DNA of 64,000 bases from an uncultured Planctomycetota bacterium (lineage in GTDB: Bacteria; Planctomycetota; PLA2; JAEUHO01). Position 1 is the first letter of the stretch, and each line of letters starts with the position of its first letter. Shown piece after piece: positions 20,832 to 30,425 of this stretch. The position numbers were made by a program, and so were the translations under genes. The stretch lies in contig CAVVXN010000001.1 of NCBI GenBank assembly GCA_963752285.1, positions 32,001-96,000 on the forward strand. The letters run 5' to 3'. The notes beneath the pieces were generated by a model. It was not told the origin of the DNA and ran no database searches. It was given only the letters and a program-made list of their open reading frames with translations.

Positions 20832-21044
20832 ATGAAGTTCCGCATCGTGATCGAACCCGACGAGGATGGGGTCTTCGTGGCGAGTTGCCCGAGTCTCCCG
20901 GGCTGCCATTCGCAGGGCCGGACCCGGGAGGAGGCGCGCGCCAACATCCAGGAGGCGGTCGAGCTCTACCTGGAGTCGCTCCGGGAGCACGGGGAGCCGA
21001 TCCCGCCCGGGATCACGGAGGACGTGGTCGAGGCATCCGGTTGA
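20832..21044 (+). CDS. hicB: HicB-family antitoxin
   Basis: MKFRIVIEPDEDGVFVASCPSLPGCHSQGRTREEA..NI.EA; TACAAT -10-like element at 20794. Confidence 0.9.
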   Translation: MKFRIVIEPDEDGVFVASCPSLPGCHSQGRTREEARANIQEAVELYLESLREHGEPIPPGITEDVVEASG

Positions 21045-21097
21045 GCCGGCTCCCGGTGGTCTCCGGCCGCGAGGCCGTTCGGGCGTTCGCGAGGATC
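21041..21097 (+). pseudogene. hicA: HicA toxin, first ~19 codons only
   Basis: TTG start overlapping the hicB stop, SRLPVVSGREAVRAFARI, then unrelated sequence. Confidence 0.7.
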
Positions 21098-21224
21098 TCC
21101 GAGCTGGTGGAGAGCATTGGCGGCCGTATCCACTATGACGACATCGACATGTCCGTGCACACTGGGACGATCTACGTCCACGGAGAACAAGACTTCGACA
21201 TCGTCCTTCCTGAGTTTCAGGCGC

Positions 21225-21590
21225 CTCCGACACCGCGAGACATGATCTGCACGACGATCCTGGTCCGGGCTTCCCGGCCCGTTCACGCATCCCCCGGCCT
21301 GATCGCGGCGGCCGCCGCGTCGCCTCGGTGCCGAGTACTCGGCGGAATCGTCCAGAAGGAACTGGCACACACCTCGGGCGGATATCGCGGCCGCTACCCG
21401 ATATCTCGGCTCCGGGAGCCCCTTCCTTTCGCGCCCATCCGCTCTAAACCACTGCCATCACGGCACTTGCACGTCGTCCAAGAGTAGCCACACCCAACTG
21501 AGAAGCAGCACCCGGTACAAGTCGAACGAAACGTTTCGTTCGAACTGAGAAGAAGCAGAGTCTCGTCGCCCTCCGTCCGCCCCTACTTGG
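21225..21590. repeat. ~365-bp non-coding repeat (second copy 30068-30433) containing the IS right-end motif and a 22-bp palindrome
   Basis: About 6 differences between copies by eye; TCGAACGAAACGTTTCGTTCGA at 21522-21543. Confidence 0.9.
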
Positions 21591-22071
21591 ATCCTTCGCG
21601 GCGCGCCAGTAGGTGCACTTTGATGACTCTGCGGGTCGCCCCTCCCGAATCCGAAGCCGACCCCTCGATTGTGCTGGCCGCACCCACATTGACCCATCCG
21701 TCCTTGTACTCCGGTTCAGGATCGCCAGAAACTCTGAATCTCCACCCGCCGAGCCGAATGGTCTTAGTGCGCGCGCGCCAATACCACTCAAGCACATAAG
21801 GACCGAGGGAAAGGAACTCGTAACCTGTCCCATCCCATCGGTCAGTCTGCCCCGGGTCCGTCAACCTCCTAATGGCGTAAAGAAGACCCTCGACGGGAAG
21901 AAACTCGACGGGAGAGGATGAGGCTGGAATCAAGGGACTGGGACTCACGGGAGGAGCGTGCTGGGGAACATCGGCGCAGGTCAGCCCATGGCCGCGGCCA
22001 ATCCAATACCCAACGCCCCCGGCCAACAGTACGGCCGTGGCAGAGATGATCCCGATCGCTCTGTGCGTCAA
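21583..22071 (-). CDS. Putative immunity protein, family X
   Basis: Overlaps the toxin stop; N-terminal TM; paralog of 30426-30914. Confidence 0.75.
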   Translation of the reverse strand: MTHRAIGIISATAVLLAGGVGYWIGRGHGLTCADVPQHAPPVSPSPLIPASSSPVEFLPVEGLLYAIRRLTDPGQTDRWDGTGYEFLSLGPYVLEWYWRARTKTIRLGGWRFRVSGDPEPEYKDGWVNVGAASTIEGSASDSGGATRRVIKVHLLARREGSK

Positions 22072-23318
22072 TCGTCCCTCCTTCGCCTCGCGCGCGCCTC
22101 GTCGTCGCTTCCAGAAGTTCCCTCACGCTCATGGCGCGCCTTCTCGTCCTTCCTACTCTCGTCTTCTCTCAATCCCGCTCTGTTGGCGTCGCCCTCAGAT
22201 CCCAGTTGATTGACGTCCTCTTCGCTCGTGCCATCCTGTACGTATTCCTCTCCCACGTCCGCCCCCATTGACTCAGCCAATTCCTCCTCGTCGACCACGT
22301 GCCCGTATTCATGATCAAGCAACTTGTCATTGCCCTCCGGATACAGGATGACCAGCCGGCGGAGGCGGGATCGCCACTGCATCTTGTGATAGCCAGGGCG
22401 ATTGCAGGGTTCGACCGACCACTCGTGCCACCAGTCTGACAACGTTCGTGCGTCAACAAGCGTGCCCTCCTCTCCATCGGGATGTTCTGTCCCGATTGGA
22501 TCGGCCGCGCTCTCCGGAATCGGCTCCTCGTCCGGGTGCTCCTCGTTGTACTCTTGGATAGCCTCCCGAGCGTTCTCACGAGACTGCTTGGGATCATTGC
22601 TTCGCTCGTAAGGAACCCTAGTCACAGGCGCCAAGCCCGAGGGGTCTACCCTAATCGTTGGCGTTGATGCCACGTATTCGAAGAGGTTGATTCCTTCCGC
22701 GCAGCCTGCGGGATCCCTCTGCAAGAGCCTACCAGTAGCCGGATCATAACTTCTGTCGCGGTAGTAGTAGAGCCCGTCCTCCGGATCGTACTCCCGCCCC
22801 GTGAAGAGGTACGGGTTCCCGTCCGGGCTCTGGGCGACGGCGGTCCCCTGCTGGCCGAGGATCGTCGGCTTCCCGTACACGTCGTACGTCACCCATTCGA
22901 CGACGCTCCCCCCGGGCTCGGAGATCTCGGTCACCGACCCCAGCGCCTGCTGGTGGTACGTGAAGCGAAGCACCTCGCTCGTGTTCTGGTTTCCGTTCAC
23001 GTCCGCCTGATCCGCCCGGTCCATGACGCGTGGGCGGTCGATCCCGTCCTCGTAGACGTAGCGCGCCTGCCAGACGTCCTGCCCGTCGTACTCTTCGACG
23101 ACCTGCTGTGCGTCGAGCACGTAGCGCGTCGTCGCGCCGCCCGACACGGCCTTCTCGACCCGCCGGCCCGGCGCATCCGTCGTGCTGCGGGTCGAGACTG
23201 TCCTGCGGGCGCGAGGCGCCGCCGTGCGTCCCGACCGCGGACCTGCCCCGAATTCGGCCATCGAGAGGATGCTATCGCCCCTCGGGTCGGTGCGCCAAGG
23301 TGACGCCGTGGAGGGCAT
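22068..23318 (-). CDS. Orphan Rhs core with family-X HExxH toxin tip
   Basis: GRRVEKAVSGG...PYLFTGREYD...DPSGL then LLDHEYGHVVDEE; ATG 23318 lies in the leader. Confidence 0.85.
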   Translation of the reverse strand: MPSTASPWRTDPRGDSILSMAEFGAGPRSGRTAAPRARRTVSTRSTTDAPGRRVEKAVSGGATTRYVLDAQQVVEEYDGQDVWQARYVYEDGIDRPRVMDRADQADVNGNQNTSEVLRFTYHQQALGSVTEISEPGGSVVEWVTYDVYGKPTILGQQGTAVAQSPDGNPYLFTGREYDPEDGLYYYRDRSYDPATGRLLQRDPAGCAEGINLFEYVASTPTIRVDPSGLAPVTRVPYERSNDPKQSRENAREAIQEYNEEHPDEEPIPESAADPIGTEHPDGEEGTLVDARTLSDWWHEWSVEPCNRPGYHKMQWRSRLRRLVILYPEGNDKLLDHEYGHVVDEEELAESMGADVGEEYVQDGTSEEDVNQLGSEGDANRAGLREDESRKDEKARHEREGTSGSDDEARARRRRDD

Positions 23319-23692
23319 GTGGATGCGACTTCGTTGCGGGCCCGCTTGGGGCGGCTGTCGTCGAGCGGGCGGCGGTCGGGTGGAAGCGGTCCGAGTCTGG
23401 CCAGCCTGGCTGCCTCCGTTGACTGCGCGATGGAGCCGCCCCGTCCCAAGTCCGCGCGCGACGCGGCATCCGAAGGTCGCCTGGGTCCTCGGCCTTCCAT
23501 CTTGCGGTCGGGTGCGTCGCGACTTGTGACGCCAGATGCTGGCGCCCTTGGAGCACAGTTGAGACGGTTTCTTGACCTTTCGTTGCCGCTCGTTGCGCTT
23601 TGTCAGGAACGGACGGCCTCGGCGCCGCGCTCGTATCGGGCGCCGCAACGTGGCAACGACGCGCAGGTTGCGGCGAGGAGGCGCAACGAGGG

Positions 23693-23745
23693 TGGAGCGC
23701 CCGATCGGGTTCGAACCGACGACATTCAGCTTGGGAAGCTGACGC
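23693..23745 (-). repeat. att site: 3' portion of tRNA-Gly
   Basis: 53-bp exact match to 32538-32590. Confidence 0.95.
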
Positions 23746-24018
23746 ACGCGAGTCGTAAGTCTAGCCCCAACCAGGGGTTACGGATCTTGAGAATGGCCAC
23801 TGTGACGTACTTTGTCGATTCCTCCAGGATCGACCTGCTACGGTGTCCTGCGGGCCATTCTGTGCGTTGGGGAAGTTGAGAGTGGCGCCCGGGGCGGGGC
23901 GTGACGCGTCCCCCCCCCTCCGACCGACCACGGGACCCGGGTGCGTGCTGCACGGCTCGCTTGCCTGACCCGCTCCGCGGGGATCGGCGCATCCTCGGAC
24001 GGTATACTCGCCAGCGCC

Positions 24019-24264
24019 GTGCCCATCCTCTCCTACACCGTCCTCTACGAGCCGCAGCCGGACGGCGGGTTCACCGTGCTCGTGCCGGCGTTGCCCGGTT
24101 GCGTCACCGAGGGCGACACGATCGAGGAGGCCCGGCGCATGGCCGCCGATGCCATCCGCGCCTACTGCGAGAGCCTCCTCCAGGATGGCGAGCCCCTGCC
24201 CCCCGACGTCCCGGAGCCCCCGCGTCACGAGCGGATCGAGGTCTCTCTCGCCGGCAGCCGCTGA
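24019..24264 (+). CDS. hicB: HicB-family antitoxin
   Basis: YTVLYEPQPDGGFTVLVPALPGCVTEGDTIEEARRMAADAI; TATACT at 24003. Confidence 0.9.
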   Translation: MPILSYTVLYEPQPDGGFTVLVPALPGCVTEGDTIEEARRMAADAIRAYCESLLQDGEPLPPDVPEPPRHERIEVSLAGSR

Positions 24265-24267
24265 TCC

Positions 24268-24495
24268 ATGGCGGCCCTGCCCGTCCTCCGGCCGCGCGCG
24301 GTCGTAGCCGCCCTGGAGCGAGCCGGGTACGTCGTCCATCACCAGACGGGTAGCCATGTCGTTCTCAAGCACCCGCGACCCCCTGCGCGGCGCGTGGTGG
24401 TGCCGATGCATGGACGCGATCTCAAGAGAGGCACGCTCCGGAGTATCCTCCGCGAGGCCCAGCTGACGGTCGAGGCGTTCATCGATCTGCTCTGA
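24268..24495 (+). CDS. hicA: HicA-family mRNA interferase toxin
   Basis: ALERAGY..HQTGSHVVLKH...VVVPMHGRDLKRGTLRSILREA. Confidence 0.92.
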   Translation: MAALPVLRPRAVVAALERAGYVVHHQTGSHVVLKHPRPPARRVVVPMHGRDLKRGTLRSILREAQLTVEAFIDLL

Positions 24496-24659
24496 TTCGT
24501 GAGCGTCCGGGAGAGCGCCCGCTTGGCGACCCAGTCGTGCTCAAACAAGTTGGCTGCGCTCCGGGAGGACGTCGTCGATCCCACACCACCCACGTTCGCG
24601 CGCTGCTCGAGAAGAAGCGTCGCGGCGAGCGCGACGTGGTCGTGAACCGCTTCCTGGCC

Positions 24660-25035
24660 CTCCCGCACTCCGCCTTTCGCGGAGAGACTCCCGACGACGT
24701 CTACTTCGGGACCGGCGACCACGTCCCGGAGCTCCTCGCCACCCGGCGCCGCGAAGCCCGTGCCGCCGGCCTCGCCGCGAACCGCGCCGCGCGATGCGGG
24801 GTGTGCAGCGCCTGACGACACCGAGGAGGAGGAACCCGACACGGCGGGTCCTATGCCCGGTCGGCCCGACTGGGGGGCGCCGCCGCCACACTTACACACG
24901 CCACGGCCGTCATCGCGGCGGGAGATCCGCGGCCCGGATGTTCGAGTCCTCGGCAGAAATCTCCAGAAGGGATTGACACGCAACACGGCTACATACCGTC
25001 CTCCCTTCCCAAGTTGACGTGGCGCACCTGACACA
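24660..25035 (+). mobile_element. rve-type transposase 3' remnant plus right-end motif
   Basis: LPHSAFRGETPDDVYFGTGDHVPELLATRRREAR..LAANRAARCGVCSA* (stop 24815); motif at 24941-24982. Confidence 0.75.
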
Positions 25036-25047
25036 CAGCAGGGCTTT

Positions 25048-25644
25048 CTATTCATTGCAATGCACGACGAACTCCGCTTCCGCCACTGGCAGACGTCCAG
25101 TTGGCGTCGTAATCCGTCGATAGTGAATGCTCCTGCCGTCGCCCAGCTCTTGCAGCACGGTCCCGCAACTGCGGGCATCGACTCGAACGTAGGCGCCAAA
25201 GACAAATGGCTTCCGTGCCGAGTCCTGCTCATCATCGAAGAGCGGATCGTCACTCTCAGTGAGTCGCGTGAATTCCAGCTCGACGGCGCCGTCTTGACCC
25301 GTTTTTCCGATCGCGCACGTCCATGCCCTCTCGCCCTGAGCAAGCCTGAATTCGATCGCCCTGCGGATACTCTCGACGTCCTCTTCGGTTCGCATCACAT
25401 CCTTCGTCGGGGCCACCATTACACGCGCGCCAGCAACGGGTCTATTCCGCGCGTCGCGCAAGAGTATTCTGACTCGCACGAGGGCCGTCACTGTAACGCA
25501 ACGCGACATCCGCCTCAGACCCCCGTCCGGCTGCGGGCGACTCCGAAGCGCCTCGCCCGCAAGGAGCAGTACAGTGACCAACCCCATTACTCCTAAGACG
25601 ACAAGTAGCCGCCTTCTCCCGCCGCCAATCGCTCTGCTAGCCAC
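25048..25644 (-). CDS. Putative immunity protein, family Y
   Basis: Homologous to 15887-16552; GTG 25644 with RBS, overlapping the upstream ORF stop. Confidence 0.7.
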   Translation of the reverse strand: MASRAIGGGRRRLLVVLGVMGLVTVLLLAGEALRSRPQPDGGLRRMSRCVTVTALVRVRILLRDARNRPVAGARVMVAPTKDVMRTEEDVESIRRAIEFRLAQGERAWTCAIGKTGQDGAVELEFTRLTESDDPLFDDEQDSARKPFVFGAYVRVDARSCGTVLQELGDGRSIHYRRITTPTGRLPVAEAEFVVHCNE

Positions 25645-26569
25645 CGTGCGACTCTCTCTCCGCCGCACATGCAGCGCAGTCGAGCCTTGCACGGAACACT
25701 CGGTGGATCTCGTTGCTTCGTGCTGCGCTCCGCGAGATCCGGGGGACATTCGGCAACATGGCTGCCGGTTTGCTGGCGGTGGCCATGACGGGTTGTAGCT
25801 GGCTGGGACAACGCCCAATCCGAGAGAACTCGTCCGTAGCGCGCTCCCAGGTGCGCTTCCTCATGCCCGGCGGCGTTCGATGCCGACCCAAAGCAGTTGC
25901 AGTCTCCGTCGAAGTCCGGATTGCCATATTCGGCACGACCCCTTCAAAGCGAATGCTCATCAGGCTCATCGCTCGGCTCCTGACGTCACCACCTGTTGTT
26001 GTGCATCCGCCCAGAGTGGGGCGCTCGCCCAAACGCCCCTGCGGAGTAAGGACGGCTATGAGGTCTTCCGCACGCCTCCCACCCGATCGTGAGCCGTCAG
26101 TCAGATCCTCGGGCATAGTAGACCTGTACTGGGCAAAGCTCTGCTGTCCATCGACAGCATGGTACACAATTTGACTTAGCCGCGCTACGGCAATGCTAGA
26201 TCCTCCGCAAACCGTTGGTGATATTGCCGACCGGAAGTTCCTCCTCTCGAAGTCGGCCCCCTTGCCTGCGTAGATGGCCATTCCTCGAGTCGGCCCCGAT
26301 GCGGACCCAGTACGCAGGTCCTTGCGCGCCGGCCTCCAGTGCAGCGTGAAAAGCGCTGTGTCTAGGCGCAGCATCTCATCAACTTCTTCGGCTTGTGACC
26401 CTGTCACCGCGGGTAGGGGGGTTCGAAATGACGGCACTACAGGACGGCGGCCCGGCGAACCGAGGCCCGCCGGCACCGGGCACATCGCCGACGCTGTGGA
26501 GAGTAGCAGGCCCCTCCCGCACGAGCGGGAGTCCGGCTTTCGTTGCGACGCAGGAAAAAGCACAGACAC
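25637..26569 (-). CDS. Hypothetical protein between toxin tip and immunity gene
   Basis: 310-codon ORF abutting both neighbours in a lower-GC stretch; no recognisable motif. Confidence 0.35.
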   Translation of the reverse strand: MSVLFPASQRKPDSRSCGRGLLLSTASAMCPVPAGLGSPGRRPVVPSFRTPLPAVTGSQAEEVDEMLRLDTALFTLHWRPARKDLRTGSASGPTRGMAIYAGKGADFERRNFRSAISPTVCGGSSIAVARLSQIVYHAVDGQQSFAQYRSTMPEDLTDGSRSGGRRAEDLIAVLTPQGRLGERPTLGGCTTTGGDVRSRAMSLMSIRFEGVVPNMAIRTSTETATALGRHRTPPGMRKRTWERATDEFSRIGRCPSQLQPVMATASKPAAMLPNVPRISRSAARSNEIHRVFRARLDCAACAAERESHGG

Positions 26570-26570
26570 A

Positions 26571-28067
26571 TCACCTTCCCCTTTGGGCCCGGTGCACTAT
26601 TTGCTCTATGCCAAGTCCGCTGGACTGGTCAGCGTCGTGCCAGCCACTCTGCCCGCCCCTGGGGGCGTCTCGCTCTGAATCCGCCGGATGCCCGCTCCGC
26701 CCGTCCTCGTGCTCCTCCGCATAGTGCCTGCCCTCATGTAACAGCGTCTCTAGGAGATCGCTCTCCCCCCAGTGCTCCCAGGTGGTCACGGCGTTATCTA
26801 CCGACGAGTACGGTATCCACATCACACCGTCAGAGTACGCTCCCATTGCGTGCTTACCTTCCACCAGAAAGACGGGGTCCGAGTCGGGCGCAAGCGTCAT
26901 TAGACCATTCTCCATAGCATCGTGAACCCATTTCGGGCCGAAGTCGAGGAGGTCCTGCCTCACCATGTCGAGAATGTCTTGTCGTGTCGGCTTGACGCCA
27001 CTTCCATTTAGATCATTTCTGGCGGCATTGAATGTCGCCAGAGCGGCATCGTACGCCGCCGCGGCTTCATCGTAGGCCGTCTGCGCCGCACTGGCGGCTC
27101 GATTGGCCGCATCACGGTCCTCTTTGGCCTTCTGCAGGGCGTCCCACAGATCGTCCAGCTCAGAGTCTCTACCACGAACAAGCGGACCCACATCGCTGCA
27201 TCTGCGCTTCTTGCATGCTGCCTTCCATGCCGAAAGGGCAATGTCATAAGCCTTCTGCGCCGCAGCCGCTTCCTCCTTCGCCTTCTCCAGCGCATCTGAT
27301 GCTCTCGTGTACGCCTTGTAGGCCGCATTGAGCTTTGCGCGCGCAGCAAGTAGCGCCTGCACTTTGGGGTCCCTTGTTTCGAGGCCGAGGGGGTCGACAG
27401 CTGTACAGGGGGCGCTCGTCGTGTACTCGTATGCAGATGGGCCGTCCACATACCCGGCTGGATCGCGCTGCTGAAAGCGCCCGGTGGAAGGATCGTAGAC
27501 TCTCGTCCGGAAGTGGAACTTCCCATCTTCGGCGTCGTACTCCCGCCCCGTGAAGAGGTACGGGTTCCCGTCCGGGCTCTGGGCGACGGCGGTCCCCTGC
27601 TGGCCGAGGATCGTGGGCTTCCCGTACACGTCGTACGTCACCCACTCGACGACGCTCCCACCGGGCTCGGAGACCTCCGTCACCGATCCCAGCGCCTGCT
27701 GGTGGTACGTGAAGCGGAGCACCTCGGTCGTGTTCTGGTTCCCGTTCACGTCCGCCTGGTCGGCCCGGTCCATGACGCGCGGGCGGTCGATCCCGTCCTC
27801 GTAGACGTAGCGCGCCTGCCAGACGTCCTGCCCGTCGTACTCTTCGACGACCTGCTGTGCGTCGAGCACGTAGCGCGTCGTCGCGCCGCCCGACACGGCC
27901 TTCTCGACCCGCCGGCCCGGCGCATCCGTCGTGCTGCGGGTCGAGACTGTCCTGCGGGCGCGAGGCGCCGCCGTGCGTCCCGACCGCGGACCTGCCCCGA
28001 ATTCGGCCATCGAGAGGATGCTATCGCCCCTCGGGTCGGTGCGCCAAGGTGACGCCGTGGAGGGCAT
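26571..28067 (-). CDS. Orphan Rhs core with family-Y (coiled-coil plus HExxH) toxin tip
   Basis: Rhs core ...DPLGL, Ala-rich coiled coil, LLHEGRHYAE...HPAD; related to the tip at 16566. Confidence 0.85.
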   Translation of the reverse strand: MPSTASPWRTDPRGDSILSMAEFGAGPRSGRTAAPRARRTVSTRSTTDAPGRRVEKAVSGGATTRYVLDAQQVVEEYDGQDVWQARYVYEDGIDRPRVMDRADQADVNGNQNTTEVLRFTYHQQALGSVTEVSEPGGSVVEWVTYDVYGKPTILGQQGTAVAQSPDGNPYLFTGREYDAEDGKFHFRTRVYDPSTGRFQQRDPAGYVDGPSAYEYTTSAPCTAVDPLGLETRDPKVQALLAARAKLNAAYKAYTRASDALEKAKEEAAAAQKAYDIALSAWKAACKKRRCSDVGPLVRGRDSELDDLWDALQKAKEDRDAANRAASAAQTAYDEAAAAYDAALATFNAARNDLNGSGVKPTRQDILDMVRQDLLDFGPKWVHDAMENGLMTLAPDSDPVFLVEGKHAMGAYSDGVMWIPYSSVDNAVTTWEHWGESDLLETLLHEGRHYAEEHEDGRSGHPADSERDAPRGGQSGWHDADQSSGLGIEQIVHRAQRGR

Positions 28068-28441
28068 GTGGATGCGACTTCGTTGCGGGCCCGCTTGGGG
28101 CGGCTGTCGTCGAGCGGGCGGCGGTCGGGTGGAAGCGGTCCGAGTCTGGCCAGCCTGGCTGCCTCCGTTGACTGCGCGATGGAGCCGCCCCGTCCCAAGT
28201 CCGCGCGCGACGCGGCATCCGAAGGTCGCCTGGGTCCTCGGCCTTCCATCTTGCGGTCGGGTGCATCGCGACTTGTGACGCCAAATGCTGACGCCCTTGG
28301 AGCACAGTTGAGACGGTCTCCTGACGCTTCCTTGCGCTTCGCTGCACGATGTAAGCGAGCGGACGCGGAGTCGCGCGATCGTAGAGCAACGCCCTAAGCG
28401 TGCAAGGACGCGCAGGTTGCGGCGAGGAGGCGCAACGGGGG

Positions 28442-28490
28442 TGGAGCGCCCGATCGGGTTCGAACCGACGACATCCAGCTTGGGAAGCTG
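28442..28490 (-). repeat. att site: 3' portion of tRNA-Gly
   Basis: 49-bp match to 32538-32586 with 1 mismatch (28475). Confidence 0.95.
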
Positions 28491-28717
28491 CCGCGAGTCG
28501 GTCGTAAGTCGCGGCCCACCAGCATCTTACGGATCTTGAGAACTGCCACTGTGACGGATTCTGTCGAAACCCCCAGGATCCACCTGCTACGGTGCCATGC
28601 GGGCCGTTCCAGGCGTTCCGGAAGTTGAGAACGGGGGCGCAGGGCCCCCCGAGCCCGAGGTGCGCCGACCTCCCTCGGGCAGGGGTCACCACCTCCCGCA
28701 GAGTAGGATCGCCACTC

Positions 28718-28945
28718 ATGGACTACCGCGACCGGATCACCATCGACCCCACGCGTCGCGCCGGAAAGCCCTGCATCCGGGACCTGCGGATCACGGTCTA
28801 CGACGTCCTCGAGTACCTCGCCTCCGGCATGACCGAGGCGGAGATCCTCGCGGACTTCCCCGACCTCGAGGCCGAGGATGTCCGGGCGTGCCTCGCGTAC
28901 GCCGCGGATCGAGAGCGCAAGTTCTCCTCCATCCCGCCGCGGTGA
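28718..28945 (+). CDS. DUF433 antitoxin
   Basis: RITIDP...GKPCIRDLRITVYDVLEYLASGMTEAEILADFPDLEAEDVRACLAYAA. Confidence 0.92.
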   Translation: MDYRDRITIDPTRRAGKPCIRDLRITVYDVLEYLASGMTEAEILADFPDLEAEDVRACLAYAADRERKFSSIPPR

Positions 28946-28949
28946 CGAC

Positions 28950-29282
28950 CTGCGCCTCCTGCTGGACCAGAACCTGTCGCCTCGCTTGGCACGGGCACTC
29001 GAAGACGTGTACCCGGGAGCCGTCCACGTGAGAGATGTCGGCTTGGCCCACGCGAGCGACACGGCAGTCTGGGACCACGCACTGGCCCGCGACCTGATCA
29101 TCGTGTCCAAGGACGCGGACTTCCACCAGCGGATCTTCCTCTCGGCTCCGCCGCCGAAGGTAATATGGATCCGCCTGGGCAACTGCACGACGAACGAGAT
29201 CGAGGCCCTCCTCCGGCAGCACGAACACGCCATTCGTGAGTTCGCCGACGATGCGACGGCCGCCTTCCTCGCCGTGGGGTAA
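28950..29282 (+). CDS. DUF5615 PIN-like toxin (expected start codon reads CTG)
   Basis: RLLLDQNLS...HVRDVGL..ASD..VW..A...IIVSKDADF...PPKVIWIRLGNC. Confidence 0.85.
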   Translation: MRLLLDQNLSPRLARALEDVYPGAVHVRDVGLAHASDTAVWDHALARDLIIVSKDADFHQRIFLSAPPPKVIWIRLGNCTTNEIEALLRQHEHAIREFADDATAAFLAVG

Positions 29283-29335
29283 CAGCGAGCGGAGCGGCGC
29301 GGTCTGCGCGGGCCGAGCGCCTCGCCACCGCCTCC

Positions 29336-29740
29336 TACGTCTCCGAGCACAACTCGAAGATCCCACACTCGGCCTTCCAGCGGCAGACCCCGGACGCAGC
29401 GTACTTCGGCACGAGCGCCCACGTCCCCGAGCTCCTCGCCGCGCATCGCCGCGAGGCTCGTGCCCCCTGGCTCGCGGCCAATCGCGCGGCACGATGCAGG
29501 GTGTGCTCCGCCTGACGACACCGAGGAGGACCTCCGCCCACCTGAGCCCCATGCACGGTCGGCGCGAACGCGGGTGCCACCGTCTCGCTCACGCCCTCCG
29601 CCGCCGGATCGCGGCAGGGGGACCCGCGGCCCCGGTGTTCGAGTACTCGGCAGATTTCTCCAGAAGGGATTGGCACGCACCTCGGCTCCATGCCGTCCTC
29701 CCTTCCCAAGTTGACGTGGCGCACTTGACACGCAACTCCG
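29336..29740 (+). mobile_element. rve-type transposase 3' remnant plus right-end motif
   Basis: YVSEHNSKIPHSAFQRQTP...CRVCSA* (stop 29515); motif at 29638-29680. Confidence 0.75.
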
Positions 29741-29872
29741 GCCTGCGCCCGACACAGGTTGACGTCCGGCGCGGGCCAACGTGCCCCTACCTGGGTTCAC
29801 GAGACGGATACCGGAAGGAACTGGCACACACCGCCGCGGATTCCGTATGCTCCGCCGATGCACCGAGCGTGC

Positions 29873-30215
29873 TACGTCTCCGAGCCCAACGCCAAGATCC
29901 CGCACTCGGCCTTCCAGGGCCAGACTCCGGACGAGGTCTACTTCGGCACCGGCGACCACGTCCCCGAGCTCCTCGCCACCCGGCGCCGCGAAGCCCGTGC
30001 CGCCCGCCTCGCCGCCAACCGCGCTGCGCGATGCGGGGTGTGCACCGCCTGACGACACCGAGGAGGACCTCCGACACCGCGAGACATCATCTGCACGACG
30101 ATCCTGGTCCGGGCTTCCCGGCCCGTTCACGCATCCCCCGGCCTGATCGCGGCGGCCGCCGCGTCGCCTCGGTGCCGAGTACTCGGCGGAATCGTCCAGA
30201 AGGAACTGGCACACA
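29873..30215 (+). mobile_element. Second tandem rve-type transposase 3' remnant plus right-end motif
   Basis: YVSEPNAKIPHSAFQGQTPDEVYFGTGDH...CGVCTA* (stop 30052); motif at 30176-30215. Confidence 0.75.
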
Positions 30216-30425
30216 CCTTGGGGGGATATCGCGGCCGCTACCCGATATCTCGGCTCCGGGAGCCCCTTCCTTTCGCGCCCATCCGCTCTAAACCACTGCC
30301 ATCACGGCACTTGCACGTCGTCCAAGAGTAGCCACACCCAACTGAGAAGCAGCACCGGTACAAGTCGAACGAAACGTTTCGTTCGAACTGAGAAGAAGCA
30401 GAGTCCCGTCGCTCTCCGTCCGCCC

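Noticed and set aside
23319..23747. N-terminal extension of the orphan Rhs through the att site
   Set aside because: It translates the tRNA fragment and is not open in the other units.
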